Below are positions 1 to 12,554 of a stretch of DNA of 64,000 nt, one piece after another. Positions within the stretch are counted from its first letter, which is position 1; every line of letters begins with the position of its first letter. The DNA comes from Felis catus (lineage: Eukaryota), in the NCBI RefSeq assembly GCF_018350175.1, contig NC_058368.1, positions 118,546,001-118,610,000 of the forward strand, in the 5' to 3' direction. Position numbers and translations under genes: made by a program. Below the pieces are notes generated by a model. It did no database searches. It saw only the letters and a program-made list of their open reading frames with translations, and was not told the DNA's origin.

Positions 1-307
1 ATAGTAAAACTGAAAAATTGGTAAATGAAGTAATAAATTTTTTGAATTAGAATGTTTTTTCAATTTGTTATCGATAGTGGTAACAAGTATTTTTGTTCTC
101 CCTGAGTCTTATTCATTGTGGCAATTAATAATGCTTTCTTCTGCTTGGTGTTAACATTTGCTTATGCCTATGTTACCTAGCATCATGGCTGGCCCGTAAT
201 AGGTAATCAGTATCTGTTTCTTTGGGACCATGCAATTTAATGTCCCAAAGATTTCTTTCTGTGGGCTTCCTGATGTTACAACCACTCTCCCTTAAAATAA
301 AAAAGTA

Positions 308-510
308 GGGAGCACCTGGGTGGCTCAGTCAGTTGAGCATCTGACTTCGGCTCAGGTCATGATGTCTCAGTCCATGAGTTCGAGCCCTGCATCCAGGTTT
401 GTGCTGATAGCTTGGAGCCTAGAGCCTGCTTCGGATTCTGTGACTCCCTCTCTGTCTCTCTGCCCCTCCCCTGCTGGTTCTCTGTCTCAAAAATAAATAA
501 TAAAAACAAA
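308..510 (+). mobile_element. CanSINE (SINEC_Fc-like)
   Basis: tRNA-derived head gggagcacctgggtggctcagtc, CT-rich stretch, A tail; 16-bp TSD AAAATAAAAAAGTAGG at 294-309 and 511-526. Confidence 0.95.
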
Positions 511-696
511 AAAATAAAAAAGTAGGAAATTATCTGATATGATTTCAGCATTTACTCTTGAGAGACGCTAATTATTTTAGGATCTTTCCTCTGAAGAGGC
601 CAGTGCTATAGGCCATACTAGGTTATAATTCACGCGTTATTGAAAGGATCTGATCGTTTCTAAATTGATGAGAAGCCTGCTTCCGAAAACTTGGTC

Positions 697-698
<2 letters not shown>

Positions 699-740
<42 letters not shown>
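699..740. repeat. (GT)n microsatellite, ~21 units
   Basis: Direct reading. Confidence 0.98.
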
Positions 741-743
<3 letters not shown>

Positions 744-1309
744 CCCTCTTTCCTTTCCTGCGCTTAAGGAGCTGGTTACCATGGATCCCAGGGCACATAC
801 ACTGCATACACATGGAGGCAATATAGTACTGTGGTTATACATGGGTTTGCCTTCAGAGTCAGCAGGTTGAGGCTTTGTCACTTACTGGTGGTGTGACATT
901 TTACAATATTTTGAGTCTCAATTTTTTAAAGAGGTATAATGATAATACCTACTTCATATAGTTGTTATTATGAAGGACAAATGATAACGCAAGTGAAGTC
1001 TTTAGTACAGGACTTGGCCCTTGGTAAATACTCGGTACGTTATCAGGCACAGTTAATGGGCCCCCAGTTTGCAACTTCTGGTTTCTTTCTCACTTTTTCT
1101 GTTTCTTCCTATAACCTGCTCAGGTTGTGGTGGCGTATTCTTTTCACGCAGAAGGATCTGTAGTGCACAAGAACTTTCAGTGGGTCATTAGTGCATTTAC
1201 AGTTGTGCAGATTCATAACTTTTAATCGCTAAGTAGATGAATGTTGCCCTCCAGGGATGACACAGGGTACTGAGTATTGGGAAGAAGAGGAAGTAGCCCA
1301 TGTTTCTCC

Positions 1310-1514
1310 TTTTTTTTAAGTTTATTTATTTTTAGAGAGGGATAGCATGTGCAAAGCACACGAGCTTGGGAGGGACCAAAAGAGAGGGAGAGAGAGAATC
1401 CCAAACAGGCTCTGCACTGACAGTGTGTAGCCTGATACGGGGCTCAAACTTACAGCACCCTTAGATCATGACCTGAGCTGAGATCAATACTTAACTGAGA
1501 CACCTAGGTGCCCC
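1310..1514 (-). mobile_element. CanSINE, diverged
   Basis: Poly-T, (GA)n, ends caccTAGGTGCCCC; imperfect TSD tgttt(c/g)tccttttt. Confidence 0.9.
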
Positions 1515-1843
1515 TGTTTGTCCTTTTTTTTTTTTTTTGAAGATCTGGAGATGCTCTGTTGAATTTGTGAGATGAATCAAGAATACAGAAACACATTGTT
1601 GTTGGTTCTAGTGCATGAGATGACTTTATATTACGCCATGATAACCTGGGGTGAAGCTCAGGGACAGAGGCAGAGGAAGTCAGACATAGACACTAGAAGT
1701 TGCAATTGGTGGTCCACAGACATGTTTGGTTTGGTTTGAGTACTGTTTGAGGCAACATTTTGAAGCTGGAAAAATCTGTTAATATTGATCCCCCTTCCCA
1801 TGTGCCAGCTGTTGATAGAGCTGAATGGTGGATGCCTCCTTTA

Positions 1844-2059
1844 TTTTTTTTTAAATCTTTTTCATGTTTGTTTGTTTTGAGAGAGAGACAAAGTATGAGT
1901 GGGGGAGGGGCAGAGAGCAAGGGAGACAAAGAATGTGAAGCAGGGTTCAGGCTCTGAGCTGTCAGCACAGAGCCCCATGTAAGGCTTGAACCCATGAACT
2001 GTGAGATCATGACCTGAGCCAAAGTCAGAGGCTTAATTGACCGAGATATTTAGGTGCCC
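1844..2059 (-). mobile_element. CanSINE
   Basis: Antisense SINE body; TSD GGATGCCTCCTTTA at 1830-1843 and 2064-2077. Confidence 0.93.
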
Positions 2060-3979
2060 GGGGGGATGCCTCCTTTAGGTGATGCTTGTGCTCTTTACTT
2101 TGCTTCAGTCTCCACCATGCCCCGCTGTTTCACTGTGATGACAGGTGACAGCTGCCACTTTGCATTGCACTGTTATCTTTCCCACAGAAGGCAAATATTT
2201 CCTTTGTTCCTTTGATTCTATCAAAAAAGTAAATGTGCAAAAGAAAAAAAAAAGGGCTGCAAGTTATGAGGAAAGTGAGACTGAGCCTGTTTTCCCTGGG
2301 GCAGTAAATACTTTTTTATTCAATTTCACTCCCTTTTGCCTACTTGCCTGTTGGCTATAGACATTTAAGTGTGTAATTTTATGGACAAGAAAGAAATGTC
2401 GTTCTCTAAGGTTATTTGGCATGACTTTGGCCATATCTTTGTGTCAATGAAGATGTACTGAACCTTAAACCCGTGTAATGGTCCAGGAATGGTTGGGGCC
2501 TGTTTTCCCAGTGGCATGTGAGAAGCAGTGTGTTTTCACCTGTGGATGGCAGCCTATTTTTCCAAGCCTTCACCAGTCCCTGTCGTCCTGTCTAAGCATA
2601 GAGGCTTCAAACACAGGCTGAGGGAATGTGTGTTTCTGTGGGTGCCACAGCCCTTCTTTCACTCTGAACTTGACTTTTCCATGAGTCTTGTTGTGTGGAT
2701 GCAAGCTGGGGGATGAGTTCTTGCCAACAGAATACTTAGAGTCTTAGGAATGGGTAACCCCTAGATCTTTGGAGGTTGATTTAGAAAGAACAGTACTACT
2801 AGACTCTGCGTGTGTTTGTTTCGGTGGGGTGGAGTTAGTAACAGCATTTCCTTGTCCAGTAGGAAGTAGTGGAATTGCCAAGCCCCTGAGATCACTATTG
2901 TTGACTCAGATTCAGGAATCAGATTAGAGCAGGAAAGCTGTTGAGTGGCCCTGGAATCAGGGCTGGTTGAGTTTCTGCTTGCTCTCTGCTGCTGAGGAGG
3001 CTGTGAGCTAACATGAGTGGTCCCACCTCCTGGATGTGGCAGTAAAGGGTGTCCTGTTCTCCATGGGCTCTTTCTGGAGGCCAGAATTGAAGGGGATATG
3101 GTGCTGGGGCACAGTTTGCCCTGTGACAGATGAGTAACGATTTTCTGCATCTCCTCCCCAGTCGTGTGACAGGTGGAGTGCCAGCTTAGAAAAAATTGCA
3201 GATACTTGTTCACAGTTCTCAAGCTGATAAAGATAGAGCACTAACCAAGGATTTATTCAGAGTGAAAATGAGGTGCCATATCTTAAGTAGTATTTTAGGA
3301 TTGAGCTGTAGAAAGGATTGCAGGTCCTTTGTTACTTCTCCCAGCTAGGGAGCAGAGGGAGCTCCTTGGCAGATTTTCTAGAATTTGCTAAAGACCCCTT
3401 CTTTGTCCTTATCAATTATATGACATTAATCCCAAAAGGGGGAAGCAGGCCACTTTGATGCTTTTACTCTGGAGGAAAAAGGAAATGGCCATGATGTCAG
3501 AGCCTGTGTGTCACTGCAGCCCCTGGCCTGGCTGGCTTTGTGGTAGAGGTGTGATTTTCAGTGCTGTGTGTGAGTTTTTTAGGGGTGGGGTCCTGTGTAG
3601 CAGAAGCACCTGTGGCTGGTTTCTTTTCCTTTTTTAAACTATATACATACACCTGCCCTTCTCCCTCTGTAATTTTGACCCTTGTGCACACTTGACATCT
3701 TTTTCGCTCCACCCCCCACCTCCATTTAGCCCGGTTAAAACAACTAATTTTTGGAGCGTTTACCGCGTGCCTGACACTTTGAAATGCTTTATGAATATTT
3801 CACTTGGCCTTCACAACAACCGGATGAAGTAGATACTTTTTAAATCTACATTGTAAAGACTAGCATAGAGTAGTTCAGTCAGTTGTCCGCTAGGCGCTTA
3901 TATCGGTATGAAGCACCACAGTCAGGGGAAGCGAGCCCAAGTTAGTAATGACAAGTACTCTTTATTTGGTATTTACAAC

Positions 3980-5010
3980 CTTTTTTTTTTTTTAATTGAG
4001 TTGTAATCACAGTAAGATGCACAGATCTTAATTCTATATCTTTATAACTCCCCACCCAACATCCTTACCTATGTAACCACCCAGATCAAGTTACAGAACA
4101 TAGCAGTCACATCGGAAGGTTTCTTTCCAGTGTGCTCCTACCTTTCCCCCAAGATGAAATCACTGTTCTGAATTCTGTCACCATAGATGACTTTCACTAG
4201 TGTTTGAACATCATATCAATGGAATTATACTGTTAGTAGTCTTTTGTGTTTGGATTGTTTCATTATTATGTGTATAAGGTTCATTCATTTTGTTGAGTGT
4301 ACCTAGTGGTTGTTGTTTTTTATTGTTGTGTGGTGTTCCCTTGTTTAAACATAAACAATTTACTTTCCTAGATGGATATTTGAATGTTTTGTTGTTGTAA
4401 AACTTGACCATTATGAATAAAACTGAGTTCTTGAATGTGTCTTTTGGTAGGCTTATATGCACTCATTTATCTTGGATATATAAGTAGAGGTAGAAATGCT
4501 AGGTCATAGAACAGGTGTATGTTTAGTATTAGTGGATAATGCCAGAAAGGTTTTATCAATTTTCTCTCTAGCAGTGTATGAGAGTTGTAGTGGCTTTGCA
4601 TTCTTGCCACTACTTGGTATTGGTGGTCTTCTGAATGCTCTCCATCTGTTATATTTCATTGTGGTTTCAGTTGCATTTCCTTGAAAAGACATCATGTTGG
4701 GCCCTATTTCTTACACTTGTTGGCCTTTTTTTTTTTTTTTTTTTTGGTCCTTCCTGAAGTGCCTCTTCAAGTCTTTTATCCATTTTATTAATTGGGTTCA
4801 TTTTTTCTTATTTGTTGGCATTCTTTACATATTTTGGTTAAGAGTCTCACTGAAGATACAAACCACAAACATCTCTTTCTCTGTAGTTTGCCTTTTCACT
4901 CTTTTAATGTTACCTTTTTATAATGAAAATTATTCATTTTGGTGAAGTCGAGGTGTCTCATTTTTTTTCTCCTTTACGATTAGTGCTTTTTGTGTTCTTT
5001 AAAAAGAAGT
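3980..5010 (-). mobile_element. Ancient L1 (L1M-type) 3' fragment
   Basis: Poly-T start and typical antisense L1 3'UTR/ORF2-end motifs (atttcattgtggtttcagttgcatttcc, aagtgcctcttcaagtcttttatccatttt). Confidence 0.8.
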
Positions 5011-5482
5011 CCTCACCTTTCCATCTCTTGAGAATGTTAAGGCATAAAAAAATGTGGAGAACCACTGCTGTAGAAAGTGAGCCACTGTCACATTGGCCAC
5101 CATCATATTCTTGTTTTGGATTGGCTGTTTGAGTGGTATTCTAGTGGTGATCATATTTATGAGATCCTTTAGGTTTTACAGAGCCCTTTATTGTTTGATA
5201 TTATTTGATGCCATGCAGGAGCTCACTCTGATGCTTAAGGAAGGGCCTAGTCCTTTTTGATGACAGAGGACTTGGGTGGTCAATATTAGCTCACTGTGGC
5301 CTAGGGCACCTTCACATTTGCTGTGGTCTTGCGTGCAAGGAAGAAGCAGCAGACTGCTGGGTTCAGATCCTGGTTCTGGGACTGTGGACAAAGTACTTAA
5401 CCTTTTTGACCCTTGGTTTTTTCATCTGCCCTGTGGGATAATGAGAGTATACCTTCCTTATGTAGTTGTCAAGATTAAATGA

Positions 5483-5568
5483 ATATATATATATATATAC
5501 ACATATATATATACGTATATATATACGTATATATGTATATATACGTATATATATATGTATATATATAT
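5483..5568. repeat. Interrupted (AT)n alternating purine-pyrimidine tract, apparently within a MIR
   Basis: atatat...acacatatatatatacgtatat...; MIR-like flanks at ~5340-5590. Confidence 0.9.
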
Positions 5569-6587
5569 GGTTCTTAGCACAGCATCTGACATGTCCTCCT
5601 AGGATATTTATTATTGTCGTTTTTATTCTGTTACGTGATAATGTCACGATTCTTTGTAGAACTAGAAAGAGCTCTTCAGTTCTCGTCCATTGTTTTACGT
5701 TTTCCCTTCCTTGTTGCATATCCCAGTCTGGAATTCTCTTTTTCCTTTCTCCTCTCCCCTTTGTTAGGAAAAGCTAGTGCTTTTCACATGTGAACTAAGC
5801 TGATGCCCCTAGAAAAATGTGCTGTCGCACAGGACGGACACAGAAAGTATAGGATTATAGAGAATTTTGCTCATTTTGTTTTGTTTTGAGGCATGATGGC
5901 TAGTAGGGACATAGGGAAGGCAAATATGCAAAGAAACTTACTGCTTGATTCCAACATAAAGTTGACCCTTTCACCTTGGTTCTTGGAAATTCACACTTAA
6001 GAGATTTGTTTACCTGTGGTTTAAATTGTAACTGAGGAAAAGAAAGTTGGAGCCGAAGGGGTGTTTTCTAGATGTCTAGAAAGGATAGTACTGTGATCCA
6101 GATGTACATACATGAGACTGGGAGAAAATAAACTGAACTTGGGATGGGTGATAGGATTGGAACTAAGTGTGTTAAATCCACTTTATTCAGTTCTGTACTG
6201 CCCCCCCCCCCCCCCACAAAGGGGAACAAAATCACATGTGGAAAAGAACTCACATTTTGATATTTCTTCTTGAAGTGAAAACAAATCCTGTTGACTTTCC
6301 TGGTTACTAGGGCCAAGTGGCCTCTGAGTTTGTGTGAACTTCCTCTTTGTGGCTCTGGGTGAGTATCTCACACTGTGTGCCATGAAGTTGATGTGACATG
6401 TGCAAGGCCCCTGAAATCTTGGTGTGCTAGGCCACTGCCATGGTCTCACTATTTGCTGGTGAGCACCTAGCAGGAAATGAACCAGAGACACATTGGCTGC
6501 TTGACCCTAGCATATACCAGAGGGTGTCTTTGTTCTTTTAGTGTGGGGGGACAGGAAGGAAAGGGGGGGACCTGTGAGCAGCCCAGG

Positions 6588-6769
6588 GTAGTGGGCCTCA
6601 GACCTCACTGTGCAGTAGGATCACCTGGGAAGTTGGTTAAAATCCATGTTCCCAGCCCCAGCCCAGAAATTCAGTTTCAGGAAGGTGGTTTTGTGTTGGG
6701 AATCTCCATTTTAAGGGAACACCTGATTCTGAAGCTGGTGGTCTAGGCACAACACTTTGAGCAACACTC
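6588..6769. mobile_element. MER5A-like hAT-Charlie MITE
   Basis: gatcacctgggaagttggttaaaat...ctggtggtctaggcacaacactttgagcaacact resembles the recalled MER5A consensus. Confidence 0.75.
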
Positions 6770-7959
6770 AAAGTTCCAGATCTAGGGGCTTGAGAGCTCT
6801 GCAATGCACTGCAGCTTTGTATTCTTTTTATCTATAAGCTATTGAAGCCTTTTGCTCGAGGTGGAAGAGTAGAATCAATCTACCCACAAGCCAAGGATCA
6901 GCTCTGTGGAGCGGTGGGCTTCCAGTAAGACCCAGATGCTCATGGGTGTGGCACACTGCATAGGCTGATGGTGGGAGATGGGCACTTGGGTCTGAGAATG
7001 AGAATTTCTGAGAAGAGGAGGTAGGGCCCCGGCAGGGGCTGGTGGAGAAAGACCTTACTATATTTTCGAAGTCCCCTTTGTGTTAGGGTGGCAATGCCCA
7101 GAATGGCCTTCACAGGAAGGGAATTAGGGTTCTCATGCTCAACGAATCCACTCATGCACCCGCTTACTCACCTACCACCACTTTTGTCCACCTACCCCTC
7201 CACACACAAAACGTGCACACACATTCACACCCCACCCCTCGAATTTGCAATCCCCATGTACTTACATGCTCACATCTTTGGAACATTTTTTCCTTAGGGG
7301 ATGTTGAGGGATGATGAATGAAAAGAGGCAAATGTGATATTTGAAATATGTTCAACATAAATAGGCCTAGCATATTCATTGGAACTTTGGAAATAAAGCA
7401 GTGATATAATGGGTCAGAATGAATAGACTCATGCTGTTGAGGATACGGCCAGGCCCATATGTGTGTCAATACCATAGTGTTCTGTGATCATGAACAGTAC
7501 CACAGACTCACGCGGTAATGGGATGGAATCCTTGCTCATTCGACCTCTGACTGCCTTTTGGGCTTTCTCAAGCTTTAAAATGGGGATTTAAATCAGCAGT
7601 TCTTAACTTTTTGAGGGTTGCAGTCTTTTTTGATAATGGGATAGATTAAACTGTTAATACAGAAGAATATACATATGTACATGCGAAGATGGAAGCAAGG
7701 TTCATAGACACTCTGGGACCCATCTGTGGAACCTAAGAACTCATGCTTTAATGAGCTCAGAGGGCTTTTAGCCCCTTCTCCCAAGGATGTTTCCATGGTG
7801 CAAGTCTCTTGTTGTGGGGTGCTGTCTTTAAAGGGGACTCAACAAACAACATTTGGTATTATGTACAAGCTTTCTGGAGGGTTTGTGCTCACTTTGAAAG
7901 AGCAGGCAGATTTCAGTGAGCAGTGAAAAGAGGTAATGCATGTGAAGAACTTCACACCT

Positions 7960-8133
7960 GGCGGGTGGGGGGTGGAGGAGGGGCAGAGAGAGAGGGAGAC
8001 ACAGAATCCAAAGCAGGCTCCAGGTTCTCAGCTGTCAGCATAGAGCCCAACATGGGGCTTGAAGTCATGAACCACCAGATCATGACCTGAGCCGAAGTTG
8101 GATGCTTAACCGACTGAGCCACCCGGGTGCCCC
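7960..8133 (-). mobile_element. CanSINE lacking tail
   Basis: ggggcagagagagagggagacacagaatcc...gagccacccgggtgcccc. Confidence 0.92.
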
Positions 8134-8422
8134 TAAAGTAATCACTTTAATCATTTGTGTTGAGTAACTCTAGGGTCTTGTCTACTGTGTTTTTTTCCTT
8201 GCTCCCTGAGGGAAATGGGTTCACTGAGGGGCATTTAGAGGATGGCTTTGCTTTCTGAGACTGGAAGGTGGCTCTGAAGAGCCACATGTGTGTCTGTCTT
8301 TGTGTTGTTAATCTCACCAACCCCTCACTATGCTGTGCAGATATTTCTTGAAGATTTCACCTTCATCAAGATCTGTCTGCCTGTGGCCTTGGGCTCATAT
8401 CTGTGTCCTCCTTTCTCCACAG

Positions 8423-8501
8423 GCCAGGAGTCATCACCATGCAGGCGTTGTCGGAAGAGGACCGGAGGCTCTGGATGGAGGCCATGGATGGCCGGGAACC
8501 T
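8423..8501 (+). CDS. ARHGAP26: Internal coding exon of Rho GTPase-activating protein 26 (GRAF1), end of PH domain; from memory equivalent to human exon 11
   Basis: Acceptor ctgtgtcctcctttctccacAG (AG 8421-8422) and donor GTAAGT (8502-8507). 79 bp = 1 nt completing a codon plus 26 codons [26 protein letters not shown]. This matches ARHGAP26 as I recall it better than paralogues OPHN1, ARHGAP42 or ARHGAP10. Confidence 0.95.
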
Positions 8502-9369
8502 GTAAGTAACAATTGAGGGAAGTGGAACAGAAATAAAGGCCTAAGTTGTTTGCTGCTTCCGAGTGCAGGAATTTTTGTCATTGATCTCAAGCCTTGGTTT
8601 CTCAAGACCAGTGTACCAGAGGGAGTCTTTAACTTTGGACTGACATTGGTAGATGTTGATGTTGGTAGTGATAGTGATGCTGTGGCTGCAGTCCCTGAGC
8701 TTTGGCCTCTGAGGCCTTTCAGTCTGTGTGATACTCCCCTCGGCCAGGGAAGTTGTATTGTCCCTAGGTCTCTTAGAAGAGGCAGAGTCTGGCTTGCTGA
8801 GTATTGATGCCTCCATATACTAGGATGCAAACATTATCTCGAACCTATTTGAATGGGATAAATGATCATAAAAGTGTATACAGATCATTCAGTATCTTTC
8901 CTCATTGCCTTCTGGTCATGCAGTATCTTTCCTCATTGCCACAGCGGCAGCACGACATGTGTGTCATATTACGATGCTTTCCAGATGACGTCCCGTTTGT
9001 CATCTTGTTTCTCCTGCTGAGACCACAGAGGCCAGAAGAGAAGGCACTTGTGTTATATATAGCAGACACACATTCTCTACCTTGAGGGTTTTGTGGGCAC
9101 AGTCGCTGCTTGTTGTCAGAGGTCTTTGAAAGCCACTTGGCAAGGTGTCATTTATCTTTGCTACTGTCGCTCCCCTTAATTGAGCCCTTGTGTGTGTGTG
9201 TGTAAGTCACAGATTTGGCATGTCACATTTCAACCCATTTATTCTTCTTAGTACCTTACTAAGTAAATAGGATCTTATTAGCACATCACACAATACTAGC
9301 ATTTTACAGATGAGGAAACTGGGACTTAGGTTAAATAACTTGACTCAGTAGCTCAGACAGTAAGTGGCT

Positions 9370-9760
9370 GTGATAGTAGGATGTGGGCTGGGCTGCCATA
9401 ACAAGGAGACTCCACGGTATAGTAGCTTAAATAACGTAGAAGCTTATTTCTTTCTCCAAGCCCAGAAATGAGTAGTCGATGCTTTGCAGCGTCATTCTGC
9501 CATATGCAACCCTTGCTCTAGTCATTACTATTCTTCATCCAGGTAATGGAGATGAAAGCATTCAGGACCCAGAAGGTGTACACATCACTTTCCTTGGCCC
9601 TAACATACTTACATTGGCCACATCTGTCTACAGAGGAGGATGGGAAATCGAGTTTGAACATAGGCAGCCAGGGCCCTAGGCAGTACCCGGAGTATTTTAT
9701 CACTTGCAGGCAGAAGAAGAGAAAGAAGACTGTGGGGTGGTTGACAGTTTCCACCACAGT
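9370..9760 (-). mobile_element. Old MaLR solo LTR (MLT1-type)
   Basis: ggctgccataacaa...agtagcttaaataacgtagaagcttatttc motif typical of antisense MLT1 ends. Confidence 0.5.
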
Positions 9761-10437
9761 GGAGAGCTAGAATATGAACCTGTGTGTGGCCCTAGATAAG
9801 TTTGGTTTTTATCATTAATAGAGATGAAATGTGAAATTGCCTTCTAAGAATTCTCACTCATTTCATTTTTACAGTCCTGTCTCTGACTCTCTTGAATGAT
9901 TCTGCAATTCTAGGGGAAGATAGACCCAGGAAGAAAACATCTTGTCAGGGCATACTATTCTTGGTATCTGTCTCCCCGCCCCTCCTCGAAAGCTGCAGTT
10001 CGCAATTACACTGCCTAACCAACTCCCTTTGAAGCCTCCTCTTCCTCCCTCTCCCCACCACTTGATACTTGTTCTCTGTATGGAATTGGTCTTACTAAAT
10101 ACTTGAGTTTTCCCATAGGTTAACATCTGGCTTCTGCAGATGGAAAGCAAGCTGTTGAAAGAAACATCTCCTTGCTCCAGAATGTACACATTAAAACAAG
10201 TTGAAACACAAAATAATTCTGTTTCTAAACATAATATAAAATTATTTCCACACGGGAACATAGAGCTTGCATTAAGGACCATACCTCTATGTACTTTTAA
10301 GTTTGCTGGAGAGAGAGAGACAGACAAATGATAATTGCATAAGTGGCAGGAATATTAGGCTTAATTTTGTCTCCCATTGCTGAGAGCCTCTAGGGAATAT
10401 TCCTGGAGCTATATACCCAGTAGACAATTAGCTCCAA

Positions 10438-10646
10438 TTTTTTTCTTAGGCATTTTTATTTATTATTGAGAGATAGAGACAGAGGCTGAGCAGGGGAGGC
10501 ACAGAGCTGGAAACACAGAATCTGAAGCAGGCTCCAGGCTCTGAGCTGTCAGCATATATCCCCACGCGGGGCTCGAACCCACAAACTGCGAGTTCATGAC
10601 CTGAACCAAAGTCGGACGCTTAACCGACTGAGCCACCCAGGCGCCC
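10438..10646 (-). mobile_element. CanSINE
   Basis: Ends gagccacccaggcgccc; flanking repeat agctccaatttt on both sides. Confidence 0.93.
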
Positions 10647-10865
10647 ATTAGCAGCTCCAATTTTAATCACATCCTCCCTAATTAGTTAACTGTGTCCCCT
10701 TAGAAGTTTAGGCTTTGTTAAAGGAAGCAGAAACCTCTTTCTCTACTTGGTTTTGGAATGTTTGCTTTATTTCAGGGAGATTATAATGGCAGCACTTAAC
10801 TTTTGTTTTTGTACTTATAGCTTGGTTGTTCTGTGAATGATTGATTGTGATGATTGTCAGTGTTC

Positions 10866-10868
<3 letters not shown>

Positions 10869-10903
<35 letters not shown>
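10869..10903. repeat. (GT)n microsatellite
   Basis: Direct reading. Confidence 0.97.
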
Positions 10904-10904
<1 letters not shown>

Positions 10905-11353
10905 TAGGGGTAACTTTGGCTTACGTCTTTTTTGTTCTTTTATTGTTTAATAACACTTCAGGTTGGTTGGTTGGAAAAACAGCTGAAATGAACCCTTAAT
11001 TGGTTGCTTGTACACTGTTTTGGTTACAGAAATTACAGTTTGTAGTGCTCAGTGACTTTCTCATCCAGAAGAAATTCTGGGTATCTTTATGGTATTCATA
11101 GCTGTATAACAGAGGAAGAAATTAGAATTGTGATTTTGCAGTGAGCATTACAGTTTTTAATCTATGTTGCAAATTTGAATTCAAATGAAGGAAGCCCCAT
11201 TTATACTTGCTTGAGAAAAAAAGCTGGATTTATTGGCTATGGAACTGAAAAATGTTGGGGTACAATAGTTCTGGCCCATCCAAATCCAGGAACTTCCCTA
11301 ATATTTGGAGTTGTTTTCTTCTTTTATGTTAATGCCATTTCTAGTAGGTTCTT

Positions 11354-11410
11354 TCCAGATAGTATCCAGATAGTATCCAGATACTATCCAGATACTGTCC
11401 AGATACTATC
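11354..11410. repeat. 11-bp minisatellite TCCAGATA(G/C)TA x5
   Basis: Units start at 11354, 11365, 11376, 11387, 11398. Confidence 0.95.
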
Positions 11411-11417
11411 AATAACA

Positions 11418-11634
11418 GCAGGAAACTGGCTCTGTTAATGGGGCAGATTAGAATTTAGGCTTTGGGAGCCCTATGGTCACTGTTGTAGCTACTCTTCCTT
11501 GCTGTTGTTACTCAAAAGCAGCTGTAGACAATAGGTGAATGAGCAGGTGTGGCCACATTGCAATAAAACTTTATTTACCAAAAAACAAACAGATGGAAAC
11601 CTTTCAGTCATGGGTCATACTTTGTTGACCCCTA
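11418..11634 (+). mobile_element. MER58A-like hAT-Charlie element
   Basis: ttaggcttt...aaagcagctgtagacaata...caataaaactttatttac...tactttgttgacccct follows the recalled MER58A consensus. Confidence 0.8.
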
Positions 11635-11959
11635 ATCTATAAGTTTAGTAGAAAGAGAGCCTTATATAATAATTTCAAAGAAGTCCCATCTTTGAATTTT
11701 GTTGGACTAAATATCTGGAACAGAGGGTAGGATAGATGAATTGCCATGACCTGACTCAGCTGCTCACTGCCCTAGAATTGCACTGGTGGGGGAATGTTGA
11801 CTTCTCCTGAGGGAAACATCAAAGCATTGTTATATGAGGAAAGAGGGAGAAAGGAGGTAGGCAAAAGTGGCACGGTTTGTCCCCACTCTGCTACCTGTAT
11901 TCCATTGAGATTTCTATTCAAAGAGCTTGCTCTTTGATACTTGGCCAAGAGTGAAAATG

Positions 11960-12128
11960 ACAAGTTTACTACTAATACCATACTTAATTGTGAAAGACTG
12001 AATGCTTTCTCCCTAAAAATGGGAACAAGACAAAGATGTTCACTCTTGACAGTTTTATTCAACATAGTACTAGAAATCATAGCCAGAGCAGTAGGGCAAG
12101 AAAAAAAAAAAAAAGGTGTACAGATGTG
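11960..12128 (+). mobile_element. Isolated L1 ORF2 reverse-transcriptase fragment
   Basis: Translates [42 protein letters not shown], homologous to L1 ORF2 [42 protein letters not shown]. Confidence 0.92.
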
Positions 12129-12505
12129 AGTATATAAATTTTTAAAAACTCAACAAGCTAGTTAGTAAGATAAAGTTTTGAAATGATTCTGCTGGATTTT
12201 CTTGACTTTCTTTTAAATCTGGGTTGATGATAAGCTATAGATTCACCATTGTAGCCACATAAGCTTTTGTTTTAATCTTTTGTGGCCACAGTTTCAGGCT
12301 TTCGAACAGACTTTCCCTATTAGGTCATGAAACCTTGATTCAAGCTGCATAAATACTGCAGCCAAGAAAAATTTGAGAGACACTAGATTTCCTTTTTCTG
12401 AGTTCTTATAACTGAAGTGACCTCTCCTTTTCTCTTTACATAATGTTCATAAGCATATTGGTTGAAACCAAGCTGATTAATTACTACCAGCCCACCATCA
12501 CTGCC

Positions 12506-12507
<2 letters not shown>

Positions 12508-12553
<46 letters not shown>
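12508..12553. repeat. (AC)n microsatellite
   Basis: Direct reading. Confidence 0.97.

Positions 12554-12554
<1 letters not shown>

Larger units (their letters stand above)
1..8422 (+). other. ARHGAP26: 3' part of the ARHGAP26 intron upstream of the exon (phase 2)
   Basis: Ends in a polypyrimidine tract plus CAG; repeat-rich; no other recognisable exon. Confidence 0.85.

Noticed and set aside
5363..5777. ORFs with YIYIRI repeats
   Set aside because: Translation of the (AT)n tract
6201..6215. C15 homopolymer (G-quadruplex potential on minus strand)
   Set aside because: Isolated homopolymer with no supporting context
8290..8505. ORF track entry overlapping the exon (MSVFVLL...WMAGNL)
   Set aside because: Wrong frame; the real exon frame is defined by splice sites and gives the ARHGAP26 peptide
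11354..11410. Short repeat array resembling CRISPR
   Set aside because: No spacers, eukaryotic context, no cas genes; a simple minisatellite
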